A stretch of DNA of 64,000 nt, taken from Eledone cirrhosa. Lineage: Eukaryota. The notes beneath the pieces are model-generated. The model was not told where the DNA came from. It searched no databases and was given only the letters and a program-made list of their open reading frames with translations. Location: positions 182,342,001-182,406,000 of the forward strand of contig OZ024741.1 of NCBI GenBank assembly GCA_964016885.1, in the 5' to 3' direction. Each line of letters begins with the position of its first letter. The first letter of the stretch is position 1. A program made the position numbers and the translations under genes. Shown piece by piece: positions 1 through 13,273 of this stretch.

Positions 1-492
1 ATGTTAAAAAAAGGTGCTCCAAAACGTGGGGAAATGGGGCAAAATGGGGAGATTTTACATAATGAATGTTATACCCATTTTCACAAAAGAAGACATTTTT
101 CATCTACTCCAAAGTGGGTTGGAGATCTCCCCATCTGACGGGGAGAGTCGGCAGGTCTTCCTACCCAAAATCGCAGCCAACCTCCTTTTAAAAAAATAAG
201 GATATATTTGGCAATCTACACTTCAGAGTATAAAGGAAAAGGTAAAAAAAAAAAAGAAGGAAAAATGGGTAGAGTTGTGGCAGCTGGACTACCTTTGATA
301 ATAAATTGGAACTTGATCAAAGCTAACTAACATACGGCTGAACAACAACAAAAACAGCTAAAACGTGTGCTGTTTCATTCCCAGGGGATTTTAAATAATC
401 TCCCTGAAAGAGCTCGAGAAACAGCCTAAGAACGTATTTAGAAATGAATAAGAAGATTGATAACCAAAAACACCATTATTATCGTTGATGAG

Positions 493-612
493 TTCTGAGT
501 TCAGATCCCACCGAGGTTAACTTTGCCTTTCATCCTTACGGGGTCGATAAAATAAAGTACCAGTAATGTACTGGATAATTGCTGACCTTGTGCCAAAAGT
601 AGAAACAATTAT
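493..612 (+). mobile_element. tRNA-derived SINE family A, 5'-truncated copy
   Basis: Box B-like GAGTTCAGATCC, then the core GTTAACTTTGCCTTTCATCCTTACGGGGTCGATAAAATAAAGTACCAG and 3' end CCTTGTGCCAAAAGTAGAAACAATT. The same sequence recurs many times in the window. Confidence 0.85.
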
Positions 613-1180
613 TATTATCATTGATCTTGTTTACATTGGACATCTACGTATCGGCTCCTGTAATCTTTTTTTTTTTTTTTCTTTCACAATTTATAAAAAC
701 TCGTTTTGCTTTAATGTTTGAATATTTCTCTCTCTAAGCCGACGAACTTCCTCAGAAATTGGTCGTTTTCCTTTTATCTTTATCCCCTAAATGACTAAAG
801 TTACATTTGTTTTGTGGCTGCCCCCCCCCTCCCCACCTAAAATAAAAAAATAAAAAATATGGTGCATACCGAAGTTTCTTTTCCCAAGCAAAACTTCAAC
901 ATGCACGAGAACAGCGACGCTATTTATACAACTGTGAACTGATTTATTGTCGGTAATTCAATTTATTAATAAATATAACGCATTCATACAACCTTTTCAA
1001 TACGACATCTTGGCTTATCCAGCAAACATCGATCGGATACGGCAGTTCATTTTGTTATGATTGTTGAATTGTCAGTGGATCAGACCATACGCGAATAAGA
1101 AGGTTACTGTTTTTATAACATCCATGACATTATATATCTTAATGTTAATACACAACGCACCTTTATGTACGATGCAATTA

Positions 1181-2574
1181 CACTGGTCAACAAAATTTTC
1201 CGTTTCTATTCTGCAGACCTAAGTTTGAGACCTGTTCTTGAGAAATTCGGGACCGTTGAGTTTAAAAATGACAATACTTTTTTCCTACCCTGTTGTGACG
1301 TGGCGGGACTGTTAAAAGCGATGGGTGCTCTACAGTATGATCCTCATGAATGGAGACACTTTATAGATAGTTCAAAGAAGAGTCTAAAATGTGTGTTACT
1401 CCATAATGGAAACTTAGTGCAATCCTATTGGTCACTCTGTGCACTTAAAAGAGAAGAATGAAAACATAAAAACTGTATTAGATTTACTCAAGTATGATGA
1501 ACACAAATGGGACATATGTGTGGATCTGAAAATGGTAAACTTTTTACTTGGCCAACAAGGAGGGTATACAAAATATCTGTGTTTCCTGTGTTTATGGGAT
1601 AGCCGATTGGGAACAGAAGCACTGGTCAGTTAGAATAAGTTTGACTGTTGAGGAGAAGAATATCATACACCTACCACTTGTTGGGCGAGAGGAAATCATC
1701 TTCCTACTCCTACATATTAAACTAGGACTAATGAAGCAGTTTGTCAAATCTCTTAATGTGGAGGGTGACTGTTTCTAATTCATATGTACAACATTTCCTG
1801 GCCTAAGTTATGATAAAATAAAGGCTGGTGTTTTTTATGGGACACAAATCAGAAAGGTAATGAAATGCCAAGACTTTTCGAGGTCGATGACTGACATAGA
1901 AAAGAGCATGGGATTCATTTGTGTCTGTTGTGAAAGGATTTTGGGGCTTCAAAAAGGCTGCAAACTACAAGGATTTGGCGGAGACATTGCTCAATAGCTT
2001 TCATTTTTAAGGCTGCAACATGAGCATAAAGAGCCAAGAGCCATCTCGATGAGTTTTCTGCAAATCTTGGAGACATGATTGATGAGCATGGTGAGCACTT
2101 CCATCAAGATATCAAGGTTATGGAGGAGAGATATCAATTTAGATAGAACACACACATGATGGCAGACTACTGTTGGGGTTTTCAAAGAGACTGTGTAGAC
2201 ATGAAACACTCCAGGCGCTCTCTTAAGCAAAAATTTGTTCCATGAATATGTTGGTTAGTGTATGATGTTTGTGTTTTATCCATTTTATTTGAGAATTAAC
2301 AAAATATATTTAATAAAAGGTGATGTTATCTTATATTTCATCTATCATATCAGATTCTATTGACATTATTACTTATGGTTTCTAGCTATAAAACTTAGTA
2401 ATCCATCCTAAGTAAATTATATTATTCATACAGTGTATAATAATATAAGGATATGCTATAGAATTAAAACCTGATGTGTTATCAAAACATGGATGCCATA
2501 TTTGAAATCAAGACCTCAAAATTAGATAAAAACAACAACAAAACCCAAGTCAGTAAAAAGTATGTTGACCAGTG
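1181..2574 (+). mobile_element. Chapaev3-type (CMC superfamily) DNA transposon, internally deleted, both ends present
   Basis: Perfect 12-bp TIRs CACTGGTCAACA (1181-1192) and TGTTGACCAGTG (2563-2574), each flanked by TTA (3-bp TWA TSD). Contains a frameshifted transposase. Confidence 0.85.
1230..2245 (+). pseudogene. Chapaev3-like transposase pseudogene (frameshifts and stops)
   Basis: Motifs across frames: WRHFIDSSKKSLKCVLLHNGN, ICVDLKMVNFLLGQQGGYTKYLCFLCLWDSR, LHIKLGLMKQFVKSL, KIKAGVF, DEHGEHFHQDIKVMEERYQ. Confidence 0.8.
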
Positions 2575-2579
2575 TTATT

Positions 2580-2917
2580 ACCTATGATATTGCTTGTAGT
2601 TATGGGTGGGGCCAATATGGACCAGCCCATAGATAAAAAGAACTTGATATGATAGAAAAACGGTATCGTCATTTTTAAACTCAACGGCCCCAAATTACTC
2701 AAGAACAGGTCTCAAACTTAGGTCAGCAGAAAAAAAAGCAAAATATTGTTGACCAGCGATATTTGTGTTTCCTGTGTTTATGAGATAGCCGAGTGAAAGA
2801 TAAACATGAAAACCTGATGTGTTAGGAAAAAGTGGATGCCATATTTGAAATCAGCACCTCAAAATTTGCTAAAAACAACAACCAAACCTACGTCAGCAAA
2901 AAGTGTGTTCACCAGTG
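2580..2917 (+). mobile_element. Two additional Chapaev3-type right-end fragments
   Basis: TIR-like TGTTGACCAGCG (2747-2758) and TGTTCACCAGTG (2906-2917). 2761-2792 repeats internal 1577-1605, and 2808-2917 resembles 2465-2574. Confidence 0.7.
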
Positions 2918-2929
2918 TTGTCATTATAA

Positions 2930-3600
2930 CATTGATGACAGCTATTCGGTTTTTCCTTTCAATTTCGTTTTGCTCCGTCAGCTTTTCTACTAATCCATCT
3001 GTAATGAAATTGGCAGTTTGTGTCTAGTCAACACCAATGTTATCCAGTATCTCTACCAGATTCACAAAGATCTCATCCTCTTCATTTCTACCTGTTTCAC
3101 AAAATATTCTCTTCCATGCATATTTTCATCTATATCACAAATATAAACTACAAGTTGTACTAATTCACTTACGACTGAATTATAATTAATTTTAACAGAA
3201 TATGCTGTAGATGACTTAGCTTTGTCTTTGATTTGACTGTTAAAAATTTCTGATACTTCGTCAGTTCTTTTTGAAACTGTATTTCTTGAGAGGCTTTTGT
3301 TTGCAAATGCTTGGTGGTCTACTTCATTTCTTTATAAAGTTCTCTTCTAAAAATAATTTTGACTTTGATAACACGGCAATTTCATAGACACACCTGTAAC
3401 TTGCCTAAGTGAAATATCATTAACTTGATGAATACATTCAATTATTGACTATGAAGGACAGATAGAAAACTACCGCTCCAACTTCTCAAATTTGTGTTCA
3501 CGTAGCTTTCCACTATATTCATTATACTCTGAAGCATGAATGGTTCTATAATTCTTTCGAATGTTAAACTCATTTGCCATAACTACACATTGCGTGCAAG
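2930..3600 (-). pseudogene. Degenerate hAT Charlie/SPIN-type (GTF2IRD2-like) transposase, N-terminal part
   Basis: Minus-strand translation gives CTQCVVMANEFNIRKNYRTIHASEYNEYSGKLREHK (BED-finger-like), LSRNTVSKRTDEVS...QIKDKAKS...QLVVYI and ITDG. Confidence 0.6.
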
Positions 3601-3800
3601 TCCAATTTCCATCCACAGTGGAGAATGTTGGTGTCCTTGGCCCCCAGGGCTACCTCCATACTCATCACCACCGGCACAGAGTTGGCTACCCGCAGGTGTG
3701 AGCCTCATGAGCTGGAATGGCTCTGCCAGCGCGTCTCCCTCACCATCCATCGGGGAAACCCCTTCTCTATTTTGTTCGCCGGGACCACAGGGCAGTCAGC
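3600..3800 (+). mobile_element. CRE-like non-LTR retrotransposon 3' fragment (restriction-like endonuclease C-terminus)
   Basis: VENVGVLGP...ELATRRCEPHELEWLCQRVSLTIHRGNPFSIL resembles the CRE-clade terminal motif QRLSxxIQRGNA. Confidence 0.55.
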
Positions 3801-4416
3801 GCGTGGGCCCCCATTTGATCATAATAGTGAGAGCGGGAAAGACGGAGGCAGTGACAGTGACAGCGGGAATTTGGTTCCTTTGTGTTCGGACCTAGTGTAT
3901 ATGTTTCACGGACATTACCTACGTGAAAGAATCCAGGAGAGAGATTCGTCTTAGTTTATTATTTATCAAATTAATTACATTTTTATTCACTTCAATGAAA
4001 AAGTATAAGTTTTCTACTTCACTACCTCAGCTCTTTTCTTCGAAATCAAAAAGGGGTTGAACGTAAAATTAATCAGCTTGGATATAATACAGGACCCTAA
4101 CTGTTTCAGAAGACAGCATAAGTACATTACGTAATCTTAACATTTTCTCTTGTTAATGATCTGTATTTCCCTCCAATTATTTTAACTTGATCATGTGCTA
4201 CTGCTAATCACTACTAAAACTATTACAACCAAGGCGTGGCACTATATCAACATTCTACAGTACGGCTAATACTGCTTCTACATTCACCTTACATACTTTT
4301 ACACGATCCCATAGTAACACGTGCCATGGCGTAATTATAAATGCAGAAATGTTCGTGCCTACTTCACCCACTTTATCAGATGACTTAGCTGGTGTGTTAT
4401 TTGGTGATTTGGCTTA

Positions 4417-4656
4417 ATCATCCTTACGGGGTCGATAAAATAAAGTACCATTAACGTACTGGGGTTTATTTAATCGATTTTCCCCTGCCCCCAAATTACT
4501 GGCTTTGTGCCTATACTAGAAATCATTATTATGAAAATGTATTCAAATCCCGCCGAGGTTAACTTTGCCTTTCATCCATACGGGGTCTATAAAATAAAGT
4601 ACCAGTAATGTACTGGGTAATTGCTGGCCTTGTGCCAAAAGTAGAAACAATTATTA
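4417..4656 (+). mobile_element. Two truncated SINE family A copies
   Basis: Core ATCCTTACGGGGTCGATAAAATAAAGTACC occurs twice with the family 3' end. Confidence 0.75.
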
Positions 4657-4854
4657 TGACAATTATTATGACACAATTATTACGACTTTAATAATGAGAT
4701 TAATGTATCATGTAAAAAAGGATAAAGATCCCATAACTCTGTGTGGAGTCGTAGAGGCATGGTCAAATAGCGGGCGTGTCTAGGGTACTTTTAAACCTGA
4801 TAGAGCCTAACCATCTCCAGGTCTGAACGCAGCCGATTTTTTTCTATAGAGGAA

Positions 4855-5010
4855 GAATCGACCCCCAGTACAGGACTGGTACTTTTTTTTATCGACCTCG
4901 AAGGGATGATAGGCAAAGTTGACCCCGGCGGGATTTGAACTCATGAGGTGGGTCGAATACCGTAAAACATTCTATCCGACGTCTTAACGACTCTGCCAAT
5001 TCACCGCCTA
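4855..5010 (-). mobile_element. SINE family A copy
   Basis: Reverse complement of the core and the tRNA-like head (ATTTGAACTC, TGCCAATTCACCGCC). Confidence 0.7.
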
Positions 5011-5029
5011 GGCCACGTGTAAGAGAAAG

Positions 5030-6620
5030 GTAATCCACGTGTGGCCTACAGATCAAGTTTTTGACATTCATATCATACAATACACTAGATTTCTTATATT
5101 GGAATTGTTATGTGAGTTTAAGCTAAATCACCAAATTCTTGTAATTATTTCGGCAGACGTACCTGCCAAAGGAATAGGGCTAACACATGATTGATCTAAT
5201 GGATGGTTTTTCCCCACGACTTTAATAATGAGATTAATTTCTAGTGGGATTTTCTTAAGTCTATTGGCTATTTATTTCAATATTGTGTGTGGTAACTATA
5301 AATATTGCGCTATCATTTGTTTTTATCCTAATACGTACTGATCTTAGCTGTTTTAATATTTTCTCTTTTCAGAAACTTGATGCGTTATAGAAGATATGTA
5401 ACATCTCTATCATTTAATTGTTTCTACTTTTGGCACAAGGCCAGCAATTATCTAGTGTATTAGTGGTACTTTATTTTATCGACCCCGTAAGGATGAAAGG
5501 CAAAGTTAACCTCGGTGGGATTTGAACTCAGTCCGTAAAGGGACGTAACTATGCTGCAAAGCATGGCGTCCGACCCTCTACCGATACTGCCAATCCACCG
5601 CCCAACATCTCTATCATTTAATGTTGGGGAGGAAGCTGGCTATAGTAATCCAGGTATGAGAAACTCACTTTTATATTATTGGCGTTGAAAGGTTTGTCGT
5701 ATTTATGCGTGGTTAGTAAATGAGATTTTAAATATAGAAATTTGTATATTCTCATTTACTATTAACCAGAGTAACATTGGTGTTCAATGGGAGATTGAAC
5801 CTACTTATTTTCCCCTGGTTATGCTGTTGAGTGAGGAGGCGTATTTGTGTACTAGTTTCTTGTTAAAACCATTTCTTGTTATTATGTGGTTTGAAAATAT
5901 CTCTGCAGATTGGAGATTCTTCAGTTTATATCAACTACGAGGTTTTTCATTATGGCTGGTGGGTGACTGGAAATCTTGTATATGTGTATGATTTCTTCGT
6001 TTGGCTTTCTATTTTGGATGGGTTTGTCTGTGATCAAACCTAGTGTAATGTCTAAAAAGTTACTTTTTGTTGGATTGGGGTTAATAGTGTTGTTTAAATT
6101 GAATTCCGTCAATATTTTTATCGGGTCTACTTTTAATACATACATAGTATGTTCATTCGTGGTGAATTTGCCCCCGAAAAACGTCTAAATACGAAAGGTC
6201 ATTTATTGAAGGTTTCTTGTACAACAAGATCGATACACTCGCTTTGTCATAGTTTCTCGTGAAGACGTCGAATAAAGATCCCTTTTTAATCGAGAAGAAA
6301 CCACAATGGCATTGTGACGTTCATTAATATCTTGGTATCGAGATCGCCAATGGTGGTGAATATTCTCCTAAATTCCAAGGCTATCAGGAGAAGGTATTTA
6401 GATATCGATGGGTAGAAATCTACTAGATCGAACTGGAGGAATCTTAAGAATGGCTTGTTATCTATACTTCCAAATCACTGAATTACAGCGGCTTTGCAAT
6501 TCCATTATGAAAAGTTCGTGGAGTTTCTAAAGTTAAGTTGATCCTGTTGATAATATATTTGTTAAATAATATATTTGTTAAATAAACGAAATTCATTCTC
6601 AATGGGAGTTATGAACTGTA
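5030..6620 (-). pseudogene. Degenerate Penelope-like element (RT C-terminus and downstream region)
   Basis: ORF 5921-6145 reads NFLDITLGL...RKPNEEIIHIYKISSHPPAIMKNL, typical of the PLE RT thumb region. An upstream FLQFDLVDFYPSISK motif is at about 6400-6440. Confidence 0.7.
5419..5603 (-). mobile_element. Full-length SINE family A with 19-bp TSD
   Basis: AACATCTCTATCATTTAAT is directly repeated at 5400-5418 and 5604-5622. Box A and box B-like head present. Confidence 0.9.
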
Positions 6621-6805
6621 GCTAGGGTTCGAGGATAGGTGACCGTAAGGGACATTTCGAGTAGGTGCATGCCCTTCTGCATGACTTCACAAAAAATAAG
6701 AACGTACATTTATCTACATATATAAGCATATATGTAATTAATTCAATAATTGATAGCTTATACACATACATCAAAACATATACATAAATAAAAAAATATA
6801 TATGA

Positions 6806-6845
<40 letters not shown>

Positions 6846-6903
6846 TGTGTGTGTGTTACGAAAAACAGACAAGGTGTGATTAAAAACACTTATTTAATTA
6901 TAC

Positions 6904-7015
6904 ATTCTAACACGTGTTTCATCATCAAGTAACGTCACAGGGACAATGAGAGCTGTTTAGTGACACTAACTGTTCTAATCACTCCCTTGCAATACTCAAC
7001 GCATCCTCGGAGAAC
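6904..7015 (-). ncRNA. Hammerhead-like motif with long stem II (CCGAGGA core variant)
   Basis: Minus strand: GTTCT-CCGAGGA-[about 80-nt imperfect hairpin]-GAAAC-ACGT-GTT-AGAAT. Stem I GTTCT/AGAAT; palindromic ACGT in stem III. Confidence 0.5.
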
Positions 7016-7204
7016 AAATACAATATTCAGAATTTCAAGTGATACTAGTATCGAAGAAAATAAGAGGAAGAATTAATAAGTTGACCTATGGACTTCCAGC
7101 AATTTTTGGTACTACATAAATGAGATATTTCATTGGCTGAGAATATCAAAGCGGATCCAAATTTTATTAGTCTCTCTCTCTTTCTCTCTCTCCCTGTATA
7201 TATA

Positions 7205-7578
7205 TATGGAGGAGGTTATAGTTCACTTGAAGCATTGTGTAATGAGGTATAAACGTTTGAATATGTATAATAAAGCCAAAACAATGCAGGTATGGACATA
7301 GAATAAAGAATGCAAATGCAAAAGATATTGTTGACAATTAGTCCTTTACCTTAGATTTATTTAAATGTCCTTAATTTTCGAGATAATATCTCTTCTTCAG
7401 AGGGAAATAAAGGTCTCAAACCAGCGTTCTAAATAGCTTGCCAAATCATGCTGAAGAAGAGATATTATCTCGAAAATTAAGGACATTTAAATAAATCTAA
7501 GGTAAAAGACTAATTGTCAACAATATCTTTTGCATTTGCATTCTTTATTCTATGTCATTACCTGCATTGTTTTGGCTT

Positions 7579-7585
<7 letters not shown>
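7205..7585. mobile_element. Fold-back element (about 135-bp arms) with hammerhead-like core, in TA tracts; second copy at 37300-37682
   Basis: 7267-7400 is inverted at 7451-7585. Each arm contains CTGAAGA-A-GAGAT/ATCTC-GAAAATTA. Flanked by (TA)n. Confidence 0.8.
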
Positions 7586-7657
<72 letters not shown>

Positions 7658-8522
7658 CGAGATGTGTTCAAAGAGTAACCGACTTTATTTTTTCACGCCA
7701 AAACTAATGCAACGTGGGGAAAATATTTTAGGTAGAAGGTGACTCCACCATTCCTACAGAAATTTTCGCGCCGGTTGGTTACATCAGCTTCCGGCTGTTA
7801 CGCCTAGAGTTCAGACGTGTAGTGCGCGCTCAGCTGATTTTCTTTTCACGCAAGGTGACTGAACGCATCGAGATTTTGCATCAAAACATTTTTCCAAACG
7901 CTTGGTGACACTCAAGCTCAATCCAAAGATTCAGCAGGTCTTTGGTAATGATGCCATGGGCAAAACTCAGCTCAAAAAGTGGTACAGCAACTTTAAACAT
8001 TGCCCCCACTCCAGTGGAGAGCGAGGTACACTCAGGCAGGCCATCCACAAGCCGAAATGAGGAGCCAATTGAGAAGGTTCAGCAAATAGTCATGGAAGAC
8101 CGACGTGTAATAATCCAGAAAATTACACACGAAGTGAGAATAAGCACAGGATCAATGCATTCCATTTTAACGGAGTATTTGTGCATTCAGAGAGTGTCGG
8201 CGAAATTCGTCCCCAAGTTGCTGGTGGAGCAGCATAAGTAACTCCGCATGGAAATCGTCCAGGACATGCTGGACTGTGCAAACCACAACCAAAACTTCAT
8301 GAAGCTTTTGGCAAAACTTGATGCAAAGAATTTGCTTGATGCGTTCGGTCATTTTGCATGATAACAAAAATCTGACGAGCGCGCATTACCCGACTGTACA
8401 CTAGGTATAACAGCCGAGAACTGGCGCAGCCTACCGGCGCGAAAATTTAGAAAGAATTTAGTTTATGTGGCATTAGTTTTGGCGGGAAAAAATAAAGTCG
8501 GATACTTTTTTAACGCAACTTG
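7658..8522 (+). mobile_element. mariner element, internally deleted, with long terminal inverted repeats and TA TSD
   Basis: TA-CGAGATGTGTTCAAAGAGTAACCGACTTTATTTT ... AAAATAAAGTCGGATACTTTTTTAACGCAACTTG-TA. Transposase HTH fragment SGRPSTSRNEE...EDRRV...SAKFVPKLL (WVPHEL-type motif). No DDD catalytic domain. Confidence 0.85.
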
Positions 8523-8774
8523 TATACATAACCTGTTTGTGTTTGTTTTGCAAAATAACTGATGTAAAGTTTGGTGTTGAGGCAAATATTCTCCACAGAG
8601 AGGAAAGGGATTCATTCAATAAAAACAACGCAGTGATTGTATTTCACTTCAGTTTTATTATCAATTCACTAATTAGTTTTATTGGCAGAATGACATTCTG
8701 CCTAACGTGCAACAATGTCTGCTTCAACACAAGAGTTTACACGAAGAATCTTTCACACACACACACACACACAC

Positions 8775-9290
8775 ATGATGGCTGCCCCCTCGTTATCGAG
8801 TATGGCCATTACACGATATACCATTACTAATAATTATTAATTAATTCCATCGTGCAATGCCTGTGCGTGAAGATATTATTTAAAGTGAGGAAAGACAGTG
8901 CACTGAGCCAATCCCACTCTCTCAGCGACAGTAGCTATAACCCGAAAAGAAGAAAAGATCAACATCATCGGTAACTACTGAGCCGCAGGTTTTATATCGG
9001 AGTTATCCCAGTTTCCTGAGTTGCCTTCTCCTAAAAGAATGCCCTGACAAAGGCTAGGGGTCCTTCACTCCCAGCGGTTTAACCGCGCGGTACATGTGTA
9101 TATACACATTTACACACTTTCGGATGGCCGTTGACTCTTATGAGTTCTTCCGCCCTTTGTCAGATTTTGATTTTTGTCCTGCAGGGTGTCCAAAATCACC
9201 CCCTCACCACGTAAACTTGGTGGGGGTTGCCGGTTTAGTCGCCGACGACCCGACCATGCGACAGGTTGTACTGGGTTACATGACATAACA
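8775..9290 (-). mobile_element. RTE-related non-autonomous retroelement
   Basis: The terminal hairpin ATGGCTGCCCCCTCGTTATCGAGTATGGCCAT and the block CAATGCCTGTGCGTGAAG...GCCAATCCCACTCTCT resemble 57025-57420. Confidence 0.5.
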
Positions 9291-9447
9291 TACATACATA
9301 CAAACATATATACATACATACTTACACACACAGACATATGAATACATATATGAGTGCGTTTAATTGTATGTGTGTGTGCATGTGTGTTTGCGTGTGTACG
9401 TTTGTGTATGTATGTGTATGTGTGTGAGTAACTATTTTAATCTATAC

Positions 9448-9720
9448 CAGGCATGGGCAACCTTTTTCGAGAAGCGGGCCGCATGAGATTTGGCTCATCA
9501 TCAGGCGGGCCGCAAGCGCTAATTTACATTCGTGCTCACATTTTTAAAAAAGGGTGGTAACTCAGGATGTGTTCTTTTTGTTTCTTTAGAATTCGTACAT
9601 GTTGTTTTCCTCTATCGTAAAAATGATAGAAAGATAAATTACGACTGAAAAGTTGGGGTAAAAAAATCAGAAGGATTTCACTTAGGTGACTTAGGCGAGC
9701 CATTCAAAAAGCTTCGCTTT
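9448..9720 (+). mobile_element. hAT-type non-autonomous element, left part
   Basis: Starts CAGGCATGGGCAACC (typical hAT TIR) followed by GCGGGCCGCA subterminal repeats. No clear right TIR. Confidence 0.55.
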
Positions 9721-10073
9721 TAAGGAGAAATATGGTGATAAGAAGAAATTTTTACATCTTAAGATACGTTTTTGTTGTTGCTCTTGCTGTTGTTGTTTGG
9801 GTTTAAGTCACACATGATTGAGCAAAAACTGCGAAAGAAGGACTACGGAATACATCTTATTTTGTATGAAGGTAGAGCGTGATTGTAGGGATATTGTACC
9901 GCTATTTCTAGCTTATTAATCCTAGCACATCTCAGAAGAGGATGTTACTAATTCTAGCGTTTTTTTGTGGCAATTGTTCAATGGTACTGAATGTGGAATT
10001 TATCTGCGAGACAGAAGGGATATTTTCCCGCTCCGAAACGTCTTCTAAGATTTACACATACCAGACATTCACG

Positions 10074-10162
<89 letters not shown>

Positions 10163-10167
<5 letters not shown>

Positions 10168-10319
10168 CAAAGCAGGTGTGGTAAGATACCAGGTGGACCA
10201 TAACGCACCAGAGTACGTAGTAGAGTGGGTAATAGGAAAAGAGTCAACTCACCGACAATTGAGCTCCAGCCGTTTCTACAGCTAGATCGAAACGGCTGGA
10301 GCTCAGTCCTGACTCTTTT

Positions 10320-10323
<4 letters not shown>
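10163..10323 (-). mobile_element. TA-embedded short element family B with internal fold-back (other copies 14695-14890, 16760-16900, 19810-19910, 55368-55500)
   Basis: Shared core TTACCCACTCTACTACCCTAAGTATTGAGTACTCTGGTGCGTTATGGTCCACCTGG...TTACCAC...TTCGTTAT. Copies lie in or abut (TA)n tracts. Confidence 0.8.
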
Positions 10324-10361
<38 letters not shown>

Positions 10362-10414
10362 AAGTATTTCCGTGAGAAAGGTAAAAGAAAGAAGAGTGCT
10401 CTATGTATAGAACA

Positions 10415-10812
10415 GAGCTATTTAATGATGTAATAAACAATACAATATGATTATTCCATTACTCAAGGTTTCACGTAGTCAGACGCCTCTGTTAGAATCG
10501 TCTGAATCCGTTCATCAGATAGAAATCTTTAGTATCAGTAGAAGGTCGGACGCCATGCTTTCCAGCATAGTTACGTCCCTTTACCGTCTGAGTTCAAATC
10601 CCGCCAAATCCTGCCTTTCATCCTTACGGGGAAGATAAAATAAAGTACCAGTAATGCACTGGGTAATTGGTGGCCTTGTGCCAAAAGTAGAAACAATTAT
10701 TAAAGATTTCTATCTGATGAACGGATTCAGACGCCTTTGTTAGAATCGTCTGATTTCGTGAAACCTTGGGTAATGGAATAATTATATTGTTTTTTTTAAT
10801 ACATAATTAAAT
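10415..10812. mobile_element. Fold-back element with a hammerhead motif in each arm; SINE inserted in the spacer
   Basis: 10420-10531 is inverted at 10701-10812. A SINE family A copy lies at 10531-10700. Confidence 0.8.
10708..10778 (+). ncRNA. Type I hammerhead ribozyme motif
   Basis: TTCTAT-CTGATGA-stem II (ACGGATTCAGACG/CGTCTGATTTCGT)-GAA-ACC TTG GGT-A-ATGGAA. Intact core, GUA triplet, 6-bp stem I. Mirror copy on the minus strand at 10454-10524. Confidence 0.7.
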
Positions 10813-10835
10813 ACATATATATATATGTTTTTAAT

Positions 10836-10875
<40 letters not shown>

Positions 10876-11228
10876 AACACATACACATACGTCATTATAC
10901 TCACAGATCACACACGACGATGTCAAAGGGAGCTAAAGTAAAATTTTAGGTTAATGGAAATAGGTGAACTATAAAGAATATAAAGGGTACATATAAAAAT
11001 ACAAAATCGAAAAACGAAATATAAAACTGTTAGTATATTTTAGTTAGAGGTTTGATTGCGTTTCTCTCTTATTTTCTGTTTCTTTTCCAAAATAACGAAC
11101 GACTTCCATGAAACACGTTACAGAATTTTGTTATGGTGTTCTTAGCTTTTCATTTTGTATTGCATTTGTTGCTTCTATTTTTGCTAATCTTTCTCTCTCT
11201 CTGACTCTCTCTCTCTCTTACTCTCTTA

Positions 11229-13072
<1,844 letters not shown>

Positions 13073-13075
<3 letters not shown>

Positions 13076-13172
13076 ACTTGGGGAGGGTCATATTTGTGTA
13101 ATATTGCCAGAATTAATAACAGAACACATTAATTCTGGCAATATTACACAAATATGACCCTCCCCAAGTATA
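13073..13172. repeat. Perfect 45-bp-arm hairpin in TA tract
   Basis: 13073-13117 is the exact reverse complement of 13128-13172, with a 10-nt loop. Confidence 0.9.
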
Positions 13173-13216
13173 ACAATATTTGTTTCGACACACGATTTTA
13201 TATAAAAAAGTCACAA

Positions 13217-13273
<57 letters not shown>

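Noticed and set aside
14-199. Short ORF with weak LINE RT resemblance (NVIPIFTK)
   Set aside because: Too short and degenerate to assign.
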